A DNA stretch of 64,000 bases from Macrostomum hystrix (lineage: Eukaryota > Animalia > Platyhelminthes), in assembly GCA_950097015.1 (NCBI GenBank), contig CATNEN010000033.1:5022001-5086000 (forward strand). Direction: 5' to 3'. Of this stretch, positions 12,681-24,645 are shown piece by piece. Numbering within the stretch: the stretch's first letter is position 1; each line of letters begins with the position of its first letter. The notes below the pieces were generated by a model, which was not told the origin of the DNA, ran no database searches, and saw only the letters and a program-made list of their open reading frames with translations. Position numbers and translations under genes: made by a program.

Positions 12681-13529
12681 TTTTCCAATGGAGTTTTCCT
12701 GTGCTTCAGTGTGTGATTATGGGCATTAAACTCTCGTGTTTCTGTTAATAAAAATTAATTTGTTATTCTGTTCGCTGAATAATCAATCGGGATTCACCGT
12801 TTGCGCTTGCGCCGATGGAACTTATCGAAGCATTGTGGCGGGGCAGCGCTGAGCCTCGGCGCCAACTGCACGGCTGAAATCCCCGCGCCTGTTGTCCCAG
12901 TCCCAGCTGCTGTCAAGACTGACCCACAGCATACAGGCTGGCGAAGCAGACTGAATTGGGCAAAATTGTTGAATCCATTTTACCAGAAGGGGGGGATAAT
13001 TATCCCCACCGCCTGGGAAAGGCTCCGCTTTCTAACCAAAGATCCGCACAGCTGCCAGCTGTTTCTTTAAGTGAGCGAGTGTGTCTGTTTCATAGTTTGG
13101 TCTGCGCTACAGTCTCTGGTGTGTTTTTCTTTAGCACATGCGCCGCCAGAGCCGCTGAGCGATGACGAGAGCCAGTCGGCCAGTCAGCTGCAGCTGCCGC
13201 GGCAGTTCAGCCTCCGATGGTGTGGACCCGTGGAGATCAAAGGCGACCATACGGGCAGCTCATTAGCGGACTGAATGAAGAATGCCGTCTGCGCAACCTC
13301 TGTCAGATGGGGACGATTCAGCCCCAATTTTAGCATAGCCATTGGAGACAACTCGGGCGACAGACTGCGAGATTTGAGAGGCCACGCATGACCTCAGAAC
13401 CTGCACTGTATATACTTGAATGGCCTATGTTGATCTCAATCTTTAACACGAAGCCAGACGCGATTTTCATAATATTGTCCTCGATTTACATCAATTTTAC
13501 GAATCTTGTTTTTGACTAAAAGAATCTCA

Positions 13530-14700
13530 CCCTAGGATAGATAATCTTACCCTAGGATAAATAATCTCACCCTAGGATAGATAATCTGACCCTAGGATAG
13601 ATAAACTCAACCTAGGATAGAATAGAATAGGATAGAATCTCATTCTAGGCAAAAAGAATCTCATACTAGACTAGAAGAATCTCATACTAGACTAGAAGAA
13701 TCTCATACTAGACTAGAAGAATCTCATACTAGACTAGAAGAATCTCATTCTAGACTAGAAGAATCTCATACTAGACTAGAAGAATCTCATACTAGACTAG
13801 AAGAATCTCATACTAGACTAGAAGAATCTCATACTAGACTAGAAGAATCTCATACTAGACTAGAAGAATCTCATTCTAGACTAGAAGAATCTCATACTAG
13901 ACTAGAAGAATCTCATACTAGACTAGAAGAATCTCATACTAGACTAGAAGAATCTCATACTAGACTAGAAGAATCTCATACTAGACTAGAAGAATCTCAT
14001 ACTAGACTAGAAGAATCTCATACTAGACTAGAAGAATCTCATACTAGACTAGAAGAATCTCATACTAGACTAGAAGAATCTCATTCTAGACTAGAAGAAT
14101 CTCATACTAGACTAGAAGAATCTCATACTAGACTAGAAGAATCTCATACTAGACTAGAAGAATCTCATACTAGACTAGAAGAATCTCATACTAGACTAGA
14201 AGAATCTCATACTAGACTAGAAGAATCTCATACTAGACTAGAAGAATCTCATTCTAGACTAGAAGAATCTCATACTAGACTAGAAGAATCTCATACTAGA
14301 CTAGAAGAATCTCATACTAGACTAGAAGAATCTCATACTAGACTAGAAGAATCTCATTCTAGACTAGAAGAATCTCATACTAGACTAGAAGAATCTCATT
14401 CTAGACTAGAAGAATCTCATACTAGACTAGAAGAATCTCATACTAGACTAGAAGAATCTCATTCTAGACTAGAAGAATCTCATACTAGACTAGAAGAATC
14501 TCATACTAGACTAGAAGAATCTCATACTAGACTAGAAGAATCTCATACTAGACTAGAAGAATCTCATTCTAGACTAGAAGAATCTCATACTAGACTAGAA
14601 GAATCTCATTCTAGACTAGAAGAATCTCATACTAGACTAGAAGAATCTCATTCTAGACTAGAAGAATCTCATACTAGACTAGAAGAATCTCATTCTAGAC
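13530..14700. repeat. 21-bp minisatellite (actagactagaagaatctcat), preceded by a related degenerate cctaggatagataatctca array
   Basis: About 50 copies with an a/t variant position. Confidence 0.95.
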
Positions 14701-15204
14701 ACCAGGACACGTGAAAAGCCGCCTAATGTCAGAAACTGGGTCAGGGCAGCTGTACACAGATTCCAGTCTGATAAACTCTCATATGCAGTCCAGACAATGA
14801 AGTAACTTTATAGTTAAGTTGCTGTATCATTTTTCAGCCACAAATTCACCAACTTGGAGGGGCCTGATTAAATCAAGCAGACTTCGTGGGACGTGGAGAG
14901 TTTGAATAGGAGAGTATAAAACTTTGTTTCGCATACAATCAATTCAGATTCCTACAGGTGTTAGTACAATATGTATATATTTAGAAAAAGTATGCAGCAA
15001 CCCAGACATAGACTGCATGCGGGGCTTCCTTCCTGCGCAAGCATCTCGCTACATTTCCTCATGCTTGAAGCATTGTCGGATCGAATTGCTCTGCGTTGCA
15101 TTGCTTTCTATAAACAAATTGTTAATTAATCAATATAGTAGACTCAACAGACACCATTTTACTCACGACTTCGGTTCTTTGTGTTGCTTTTGTGTTATTT
15201 TGTG

Positions 15205-16525
15205 GACCTAAAAGAATGGTCATTTTGGGATTGTTTAGGAACCTTAAAGAATAGTCATTTTGGGATTGTTTAGGAACCTTAAAGAATGGTCATTTTGGGA
15301 TTGTTTAGGAACCTTAAAGAATGGTCATTTTGGGATTGTTTAGGAACCTAAAAGAATGGTCATTTTGGGATTGTTTAGGAACCTTAAAGAATGGTCATTT
15401 TTGGATTGTTTAGGAACCTAAAAGAATGGTCATTTTTGGATTGTTTAGGAACCTAAAAGAATGGTCATTTTTGGATTGTTTAGGAACCTAAAAGAATGGT
15501 CATTTTGGGATTGTTTAGGAACCTAAAAGAATGGTCATTTTTGGATTGTTTAGGAACCTAAAAGAATGGTCATTTTTGGATTGTTTAGGAACCTTAAAGA
15601 ATGGTCATTTTGGGATTGTTTAGGAACCTAAAAGAATGGTCATTTTTGGATTGTTTAGGAACCTTAAAGAATGGTCATTTTGGGATTGTTTAGGAACCTA
15701 AAAGAATGGTCATTTTTGGATTGTTTAGGAACCTAAAAGAATGGTCATTTTGGGATTGTTTAGGAACCTAAAAGAATGGTCATTTTTGGATTGTTTAGGA
15801 ACCTAAAAGAATGGTCATTTTTGGATTGTTTAGGAACCTTAAAGAATGGTCATTTTGGGATTGTTTAGGAACCTAAAAGAATGGTCATTTTTGGATTGTT
15901 TAGGAACCTTAAAGAATGGTCATTTTGGGATTGTTTAGGAACCTAAAAGAATGGTCATTTTTGGATTGTTTAGGAACCTAAAAGAATGGTCATTTTTGGA
16001 TTGTTTAGGAACCTTAAAGAATGGTCATTTTGGGATTGTTTAGGAACCTAAAAGAATGGTCATTTTTGGATTGTTTAGGAACCTTAAAGAATGGTCATTT
16101 TGGGATTGTTTAGGAACCTAAAAGAATGGTCATTTTGGGATTGTTTAGGAACCTTAAAGAATGGTCATTTTGGGATTGTTTAGGAACCTAAAAGAATGGT
16201 CATTTTTGGATTGTTTAGGAACCTTAAAGAATGGTCATTTTGGGATTGTTTAGGAACCTAAAAGAATGGTCATTTTTGGATTGTTTAGGAACCTTAAAGA
16301 ATGGTCATTTTGGGATTGTTTAGGAACCTAAAAGAATGGTCATTTTTGGATTGTTTAGGAACCTTAAAGAATGGTCATTTTGGGATTGTTTAGGAACCTA
16401 AAAGAATGGTCATTTTGGGATTGTTTAGGAACCTTAAAGAATGGTCATTTTGGGATTGTTTAGGAACCTAAACGAATGTTCATTTTGGGATTGTTTAGGA
16501 ACCTCAAAGAATAGTCATTTTGGGA
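15205..16525. repeat. 35-bp minisatellite (accttaaagaatggtcattttgggattgtttagga)
   Basis: About 37 head-to-tail copies, no spacers. Confidence 0.95.
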
Positions 16526-16718
16526 TTATAGTTTTGTTATAGTTGAGGAACTCAGTTTCGGTGTAATGGCAGTAAATTTGGGTTACATTTTCTATAGAAG
16601 TAACAAAATCAAATATGCAAGAGCGCTGGCCGAGTTTGCCAGTGTGGGGTCTCATCTATTTGACTGCCACGCAGCGGTGTCCCCGGTGTGCGGTCTTTTG
16701 AATGCTGAATTCGCAGGC

Positions 16719-17210
16719 CAGGTGTGCCGTCAGCTGCAGCTGAGCGGCACCAGTCACACTCCGCACCTGGCTGTTCCCGCCTCGCTGCTGCATAATACAT
16801 GCAGTGCACTGAGCAGTGATGAGGACCTGCAAGGCAGGTGGGGATGCGGAGTGACTGCGGGGCAGCAGGTGCAGCTTGGGGTGGATGGGATGCGATAGAT
16901 TCCAAAATCCCCCTCGCTTAACTGCCAGCGTCCCTTGTTCCAATCATCGGCCTCATCATGCTTATGCTAAACTTTCTCCCTAAAGCTGCAGGGCTGGCTG
17001 GAGTGCCAGGTGCTGCCAGCCTCACGCGTCTCCCCTTCCCTCCCTCTCCTTTACTTCCCTTCCGCCCTAAAATGGGGTGCGCAGCTGTGACCGCACTGCC
17101 AGCCAGATGCGCTCTCATTGGCTGTCAGACCCCAGGGCCTGTTCGTTCGGCGCAACCCCGCGCATCCTCTCGCGCCCTCCCCAACCAGATCCGTCCCTAG
17201 GATAAAACGA
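16719..17210 (+). promoter_or_regulatory. Putative Id/emc promoter: E-box cluster, CCAAT (attgg ~17116), TATA-like gataaaa (~17200)
   Basis: Eight CAGGTG/CACCTG/CAGCTG hexamers in 370 bp directly upstream of the HLH ORF. Confidence 0.5.
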
Positions 17211-17322
17211 GGCGTGCACAAGTTTGGCCTTGACTGCGATTTCCCCGACCTTTCTCCACAAGCCCCAGGCCTACTCAAACCTTCTCTTTCCATCTCGCAT
17301 AGCAACTCTCAGTCAACTCAGA

Positions 17323-18013
17323 ATGGAGACCCAGACCAAAGTCAAGGACCAGGCGGCGGCGGCACCGGCACCGTCGGCTTGCTACTCCGAGAATTTCAAC
17401 CGGGCCGACTTCGCCAACGAGGAGGAGATGTGTGACGTGGTCGAGAGCTTCGAGCAGCTGCACCGCTCGATTCCCTGGCTGGCCAAGGCCGGCGTCAGCT
17501 CCGAGTGCCACCGCGGCCAGCTGCAGATCCTGCAGGCCGCCATCGATTACATCATCGATCTGGAGGAGCAGCTCACCGACCAGCTCACCGGCGACTTCTA
17601 CCGGGCGGCTGCGCTGGCCGCGGCCTCCGCCGCAGTCAGGAGGCCGTTTGCCGACGTCAACTGTGCGGCAGCTTCCTGCCCTGAGCCCATCAGGCAGGCC
17701 TCGCCTTTGTTGTCCTCGTCGATTCTGCCGGCGCAGACCCAGACGCTGAGTGTGAGTGCTGGGATTTGCCTGCCTTCTCTGTTGCCATGGCTGTTGCCAT
17801 GGAGATTGGGACTAAGAAGGCCGAATTCTATGGGACATTGTCGGTGAATAATGAAAGATGAAATACGCCAAATAAGAAACTAGGTGTTGGGATTTGAATC
17901 TACAAAATCACCGGATAATCCTCGATTCTCAACTCTAAACAATGTCCCACCTGCAGGCCCAGATTTCGCTGAGCGAAGGATTATCTGAGGATTACAGTCG
18001 AAAGTCGCATTGA
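17323..18013 (+). CDS. emc: Id / extramacrochaetae-type HLH protein (inhibitor of DNA binding)
   Basis: Exon 17323-17751 (ATG; HLH ..SFEQLHRSIPWL..LQILQAAIDYIIDLEEQL with an acidic rather than basic preceding region), GTGAGT donor; likely exon 17957-18013 (stop); putative 3'UTR intron 18042-18141; AATAAA at ~18344. ILQxxIDYIxDL is the Id/emc helix-2 signature. Confidence 0.8.
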
Positions 18014-18784
18014 CCGGCACTACTAAGCAGTGCTATCACCGGTGAGTAATTTGGGAGTCTATCAACCTTCTAGAATTTCATATTTCCTCTGTTCTAGTTG
18101 AGTCCCTAAAATGATTTCGATGTGGCTGATTTGTGTTTCAGTTATCGGCCACTTTGATTGCGGGCCGCACCTGAAGAACTCTGCTGCTATCGCCGTGTCT
18201 ATCAGCTGCCCATAGCAACCGTTTAGCTATATCCGCAGATTGCCCTAATAGAATTCAACTGTCACAGCTGCACTGCCCACTGCTGTCTCAGTTTGGCACG
18301 CATTCTTCCTGTTAAGAAGTCACAGCTGTTGATTTTTCTTCCCAATAAAAACTATTTAATGTCTCAAGCCTGCTATATATATATTTGATATGCCTACTGT
18401 CACTCACTGTAAATACAAAACTTTGCCATCGAGTTGTCACAGCACAGAAATATACACTCGCTGATTTAAAGGTACTTAAGCATTTAATTTAGTGATGAAG
18501 AAGAAAATTTAATTGCTTTCGATACGAGCGTCTCCACAAAGGGAGGTGCAAACATAAATACAGAAGTATGTAGAATTCGATAAATGGCAAGAAAGTTTGT
18601 TGAATTAGCATAATTGATTGACAGCTGCAAACAACGACACCCTTGCACCCGGATCGGACTGCACATAGGCTAGAGTCAGGTGCAACTTGCCAATTTAATG
18701 GATAGATACCCAGGCTGGAAATAGGCAACATGAAGTAAGAGGTGAATCTGTGAGAGTTAAAAAGTGGAGCTGTGAGAGATAAAG

Positions 18785-19410
18785 CTGTGAGAGTAAGGGG
18801 GTACAGCTGTGAGAGTAGGAGGTGCAGCTGTGAGAGCAGGAGGTACAGCTTTGAGAGTAGGAGGTGCAGCTGTGAGAGCAGGAGGTACAGCTTTGAGAGT
18901 AGGAGGTGCAGCTGTGAGAGCAGGAGGTACAGCTTTGAGAGTAGGAGGTGCAGCTGTGAGAGCAGGAGGTACAGCTTTGAGAGTAGGAGGTGCAGCTGTG
19001 AGAGCAGGAGGTACAGCTGTGAGAGTAGGAGGCGCAGCTGTGAGAGCAGGAGGTACAGCTTTGAGAGTAGGAGGTGCAGCTGTGAGAGCAGGAGGTACAG
19101 CTTTGAGAGTAGGAGGTGCAGCTGTGAGAGCAGGAGGTACAGCTTTGAGAGTAGGAGGTGCAGCTGTGAGAGCAGGAGGTACAGCTTTGAGAGTAGGAGG
19201 TGCAGCTGTGAGAGCAGGAGGTACAGCTGTGAGAGTAGGAGGTGCAGCTGTGAGAGCAGGAGGTACAGCTTTGAGAGTAGGAGGTGCAGCTGTGAGAGCA
19301 GGAGGTACAGCTGTGAGAGCAGGAGGTACAGCTTTGAGAGTAGGAGGTGCAGCTGTGAGAGCAGGAGGTACAGCTTTGAGAGTAGGAGGTGCAGCTGTGA
19401 GAGCAGGAGG
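18785..19410. repeat. 42-bp (2x21) minisatellite gagagtaggaggtgcagctgtgagagcaggaggtacagcttt
   Basis: About 15 copies; each contains CAGCTG. Confidence 0.95.
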
Positions 19411-20515
19411 TAGATCAATTGGAAGCTTGTGAATGAGTGGCAAGCTGTCAGGTGTATGGACTCTAAGCTCACAGAAGAAACAAACAAAAAGACACGCGCA
19501 GACCCAGGAGTAGACAGTCAGGCAGGTGTGAGTGAGGTTGCTGAGCAGATAAACTTGCTTATCGCACAGACACGCCAAGCGGAGTAAATTGCTAGCAACA
19601 TGAGTCAGTCACCGCCAGTGGAATTTCCTGTTTCCAGGGGGTTGCTGGGCCCCAAGGCAGCATGGGAACACGAGGCTTCATCTGGTTTGCAAAGGCAGTT
19701 TTAACTCGATAAGCAGGGTGGAAGGCGGCAGGTGGACTTGGTAAATTCGCATCGCAACTGGACTAAGCGATGAAATTTTCCCATGGGTGCCAACAACGCG
19801 GGTCCCACGGCAACAACGCGAACCCAGCTGAGCGGAGTGGGAACCGCGGAGGTGGCTGGCCTACGCGACCCCCCTCTGAGCAGGCCGTGTGAGAACCTTC
19901 CTCTCCGCTCAGTTTTACTGCCTCTAACATGGAGCCCCCACTTTTTGTTAAGCTGACAGACGGTGCACAATGTGCTGCCTGCTGATAGCCTCCCATCAGC
20001 TGGCCCATCTATCCGCTGCTGCTGTTGCTGTTGCTGCCGCCTTTTGTGCTAGAAGGCTGCGTACAAAGCATTCATCCAAGCCTCACACCTGTTCTCGGCT
20101 GTCTTGGCTGATGCTATTCATTTCCTAAAGCTAATGAAGGGGCTGAACTGGAAGTTATTCTAGAGCCGTCTCGGCAGTGACTCAGCAGTTCAAAAAGATT
20201 TGTCATTCTGAATTGGCGCACTCAGGCAGTCATGTAAGCGGAACAGGAAATCGGCTTATTTATTTGTGTCCAAACCTCATTGGCCCCCAATGATATAAAC
20301 TGGCTGCCACTTATCTGTAGCGCAAGAAGACAAGCTGAAGCAGAATTTCTGGTTGCCAGGTTGTCAAGGGCCGGCTGATAACAAAGACACTGACGGGACA
20401 AAGACTGGCGCGCTCGCAGTGCAAAATGCAGGTGGCCTGCTGGAGTCTGCTTGTCAAGCGCGAACGAGATTCTCGGGAAATTTTTGAACAGTGAATGATT
20501 CATGGAATTCATGGA

Positions 20516-20524
20516 TCTATCTAC

Positions 20525-20563
<39 letters not shown>

Positions 20564-20564
20564 C

Positions 20565-20595
<31 letters not shown>

Positions 20596-20596
20596 C

Positions 20597-20682
<86 letters not shown>
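20516..20682. repeat. (CTAT)n microsatellite
   Basis: About 41 units. Confidence 0.97.
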
Positions 20683-20683
<1 letters not shown>

Positions 20684-22084
20684 GCTGAAGCGGCAGCTGA
20701 TGCTCCAGTGTTATTGTTTGGCCCAGGTTGGGTTGTCTGTCGCAGCTGTTGTTCTGTTTGCTGTTTGCCGCATACCTGTGACTGGGACATGCACGGACAG
20801 GGATCCATAATTGCACAACACACAGACAGCTCAGCGCCTGTCCTTAAGTCCATGAAGAATTCAAGGCGTCTGTCTTGTGAAATTTATAAAGAGCATTTGG
20901 TAGGAAATGCTTGCCGAACAGAAATCACAAACGGATTTCAAGCCCTGAGACGGACGGATCAAATAATGAATTGTGAAATAAATAAAATACGAGAACAGTA
21001 GAAAGCAAAATTAAAAGAGATTATAGCGGGGAAGAAATGGTGGATAGAGATAGGGAAATATATAGGATAGAAGGAGGCTGGAAGGGAGAGTGAGAAGATA
21101 TATTGCAGAGCGAGATAAAAGGGCCTCATGGTGGCAGAGATGGGAGAAGGGGAGTGTGGCTGATGGTGCTGGGAAGAACTGGTGACCGAAGACTAAAGCT
21201 TGGTATAGTAAAGATGATTGACGCAATCTTGCAGTCTCAGTCTATAGCAACTTGATTGCCTTTGATCCATCGCTTTAGGGCACAGCCGCATGCTGTTGAT
21301 ATTGCGAGCTGTGTGATATTGCGTGTTACGTCATTATTGCTGTTCTAAAAGCCCTTCTAAAAGCAATGAGCTCTGCTTGTTAGTCGGGGGAGGGTTTCTA
21401 TGGAGTCACACGGAGGGTGGGTGAGAAAGTTGGGTTCCTGCAAGCATTTTTTGGGATGGCCGGTGCTAGCATTATTAAATCCGCGACGGATTAACGAGAG
21501 TCGCAAAGCTGATCAGCTCAACAGAGTGAGTCATTCGACAATGTCCCAGAGTCTGTGCGCTTGATCGTGGGGCAAGATTTAGTTAGAGATTAATTGGCGA
21601 GTTACAGCCCGCACAAAATAGTCAGGCGCAGCGATGTAGGGACGAAGCAGTGCAGAGGCGTTGCCACGAACGAATATCGATCCCAGGCTGGTCGAAGTGT
21701 TCTGTAGGCCGCTTTGCTCAGCCCACTGGCCAAAAGTCAATAGGGATTCCCGTAGCTGCAGCTAGAGATAAACTTTACTGACTCCTCCTCCAGCGCTGTA
21801 GGAAGAATCTCCCCTAAGGGAATCAGCCAAATCCCATCCCGGATCCCGGAGCATGCAGCCCTCCCAGCATCCGCAGCGCACTTCCTGGAATGGCAGGCAG
21901 TAAAATCGATTGCTCAAGTCTTGTGAGCACGATCTTTTCTTCAGTATTTCGACTTTCTGCTAGTATTTTTTACTCCAAAAGAAATTTCTATTAATCCAAT
22001 ATTTTGCCTTCCGATGAGTAGCAAGTAATCACTTTGCAGTTACTGAACAGAAAAATGCTCATAGTGAAAGTCTTAGGAATGATT

Positions 22085-22460
22085 TTACCGGGAAAGTGTA
22101 CAGGAGGATTTCACCGGGAAAGTGTACAGAAGCATTTCATCGGGAAAGTGTACAGAAGCATTTCACCGGGAAAGTGTACTGAAGCATTTCACCGGGAAAG
22201 TGTGCTGAAGCATTTCACCGGGAAAGTGTACTGAAGCATTTCATCGGGAAAGTGTACTGAAGCATTTCACCGGGAAAGTGTACTGAAGCATTTCACCGGG
22301 AAAGTGTACTGAAGCATTTCATCGGGAAAGTGTACAGAAGCATTTCACCGGGAAATTTTATAGAATGATTTCACCGGGAAAGTGTACTGAAGCATTTCAC
22401 CGGGAAAGTGTACGAGTACTGAAGCATTTCACCGGGAAAGTGAACAGAAGCATTTCACCT
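22085..22460. repeat. 26-bp minisatellite (catttcaccgggaaagtgtactgaag)
   Basis: About 14 copies. Confidence 0.92.
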
Positions 22461-22868
22461 GTGTTTCACCAGGAAGTGGAAAATGGCTCGCGCCCCTTTC
22501 GCTTTCAATCAAGGGTCGCTAAACGCTGGCTTTGGTAGCTTGTTAAGAGCGTTCGCAAATTATTGAATAACTTTTCGCGATTCAATCTCTTCGACTCCTC
22601 GTGAAGAGTAAATTTGCTAATTGCCAAGCCTGCACCTGGCTGCAGCGAATTTTTTTTGCCCTGAAATTTCTTCTAATGCGTGCAGATAATCAGGTTTTAT
22701 CCGGTTTCAGCGATGGCACGTTGATGCCGACACTCCAAAAGTACCCACTACTCGGCTTGCAAAGGGTATTTATATTGGCCAAGCTGACACAATAAGATAT
22801 CGAGCTCTTGTTGGACCCTAAGCAAACTTTTAAGTACCTTAAGTACCTGCCACAAGGTAGAATCGACC

Positions 22869-23741
22869 ATGGCCCCAGCAGTCGGCTGCACAAGACGCCT
22901 GCTTCAAGTGGCAGCACTGGCGCTGATCCTGGTCGCTGTTGATTCAACTCCGTTGAGAAACGATTACCGGAGAAGCAGCATGGCCTCAAATTCTGATTTG
23001 GACAATAGCTGGACCAGGACAAATGGAAAAATGGTCTGGAGAAATACTGGCAATGCCCTGAACAACGGAGGAAACACCTGGAATACTGCCGCGGGTTCTT
23101 GGAACAACGGAGGAAACACCTGGAATAATGACGTGAACTCTTGGAACAACGGAGGAAACACCTGGAATACTGCCGCGGGTTCTTGGAACAACGGAGGAAA
23201 CACCTGGAATACTGCCGCGGGTTCTTGGAACAACGGAGGAAACACCTGGAATACTGCCGCGGGCTCTTGGAACAACGGAGGAAACACCTGGAATACTGCC
23301 GCGGGTTCTTGGAACAACGGAGGAAACACCTGGAATAATGACGTGAACTCTTGGAACAACGGAGGAAACACCTGGAATACTGCCGCGGGCTCTTGGAACA
23401 ACGGAGGAAACACCTGGAATACTGCCGCGGGTTCTTGGAACAACGGAGGAAACACCTGGAATAATGACGTGAACTCTTGGAACAACGGAGGAAACACCTG
23501 GAATACTGCCGCGGGCTCTTGGAACAACGGAGGAAACACCTGGAATACTGCCGCGGGCTCTTGGAACAACGGAGGAAACACCTGGAATAATGACGTGAAC
23601 TCCTGGAACAACGGCGGAAACACCTGGAACAACGGTAGAAACACCGCCATTAATGGCGGGGGCTACTGGAACATCAAAGGTCGCGCAGGTCGGAGGAGCA
23701 AGGGCCGTGGTCGCTGGAATAAAATCGGCTACTGGTTGTAG
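22869..23741 (+). CDS. Putative secreted Trp/Asn/Gly heptad-repeat protein (290 aa), family unknown
   Basis: ATG; signal-peptide-like MAPAVGCTRRLLQVAALALILVAVDS; 28 heptads of WNNGGNT alternating with WNTAAGS/WNNDVNS; unique basic C-terminus; TATTTATAT at 22767-22775; AATAAA at ~23924. Confidence 0.75.
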   Translation: MAPAVGCTRRLLQVAALALILVAVDSTPLRNDYRRSSMASNSDLDNSWTRTNGKMVWRNTGNALNNGGNTWNTAAGSWNNGGNTWNNDVNSWNNGGNTWNTAAGSWNNGGNTWNTAAGSWNNGGNTWNTAAGSWNNGGNTWNTAAGSWNNGGNTWNNDVNSWNNGGNTWNTAAGSWNNGGNTWNTAAGSWNNGGNTWNNDVNSWNNGGNTWNTAAGSWNNGGNTWNTAAGSWNNGGNTWNNDVNSWNNGGNTWNNGRNTAINGGGYWNIKGRAGRRSKGRGRWNKIGYWL

Positions 23742-24281
23742 CTGTACTAGACGCACACTGCATGAATTTTTCTAGTTATCTTGGATAGATCGAAGATCAC
23801 TTGTCTCATATGAACTACACTTCTTATTTTATTAGCAGTTTCAGTAGTTTGTTTACGCCTCAATTAATTTTTGGATAAATTTAACCTGTTAGACATTATC
23901 ATAGATTATGTACTATAATGTGCAATAAATTTTAGCAAATTTTAGTGGCGCATAGTACTTATGGAGTTTTACACATTGTTTACTATTGGGCATATTTAAA
24001 TACACTAATCATGGCAATTGATTGGTAGCGGTAAATTTGACACTTTTTGTTCGTTACCAACCCAATTTGTTTGAATTTGCATATTTGTCGGAGTTATGAA
24101 ACAGTTGCAGCGATTAAGCAGACTAAAAAGATAAAAAAATGAAGAAGAGAGTCTGGCAAGCCCTGAGATTGCTCTTGAGCTCTTGAGCTCACGGTAGGAC
24201 CGGGTTTAGAGGAGGATCGCTTATCAGCGCGCAGGCAGAGCTAGAGCCAAGGATATTGTCTGCCCTCAGGGCGCAGAGTGC

Positions 24282-24645
24282 GGGGGGTCGGTGGCAGAGC
24301 GGTTCACGCGTTTGCCTCTCGCACCACGGTCCCTGAGTTCGATTCCACGGCGAGGCCACATTTATTTGGGGCGCAGCCGCGTAGAGAAGGCTTGGGGGCT
24401 TGTCGTGCAATTCACGCCCTTGAGAGCCAACCTCCAAGGCACAGTGAAGTGCAAACTGCCTGACGATGAGAAAGTCAGGGCAGATGTATAAACCAGTGTG
24501 AGCGTGTGCCTGCGTACAGTATCTGTGTGCGTGTGTGCTCAGGAGGCAGTGAAATGGGCGGGATTGCCTCCTCGCTGGCTGCGGGTCTAGTGTCACTAAA
24601 TGATGTGCCATTGCCCGCAGCCCTCCTGCAATTATTATTATCATT
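24282..24645 (+). mobile_element. Full-length tRNA-derived SINE with 14-bp target-site duplication
   Basis: A-box-like tggcagagcgg, B-box gagttcgattcc, (att)n tail; agggcgcagagtgc at both 24268-24281 and 24646-24659; homologous copies elsewhere in the window. Confidence 0.85.

Noticed and set aside
13133-13274. Possible orphan exon after ttttctttag (HAPPEPLSDDESQ..)
   Set aside because: No recognisable homology and no partner exons.
15205-16525. 35-bp array as a CRISPR locus
   Set aside because: Units are head-to-tail with no unique spacers, there are no cas genes, and the context is eukaryotic.
24282-24360. tRNA gene
   Set aside because: A and B boxes are present, but there is no complete cloverleaf; it is the head of a SINE with a TSD.
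24440-24490. Hammerhead-like core CTGACGA-tga-GAAA in the SINE body (compare Schistosoma Sm-alpha)
   Set aside because: I could not build stem III or a UH cleavage site in type I or type III topology, and the core is mutated in another copy (CTGACAA). It is better explained as a simple hairpin; an Infernal search would be decisive.
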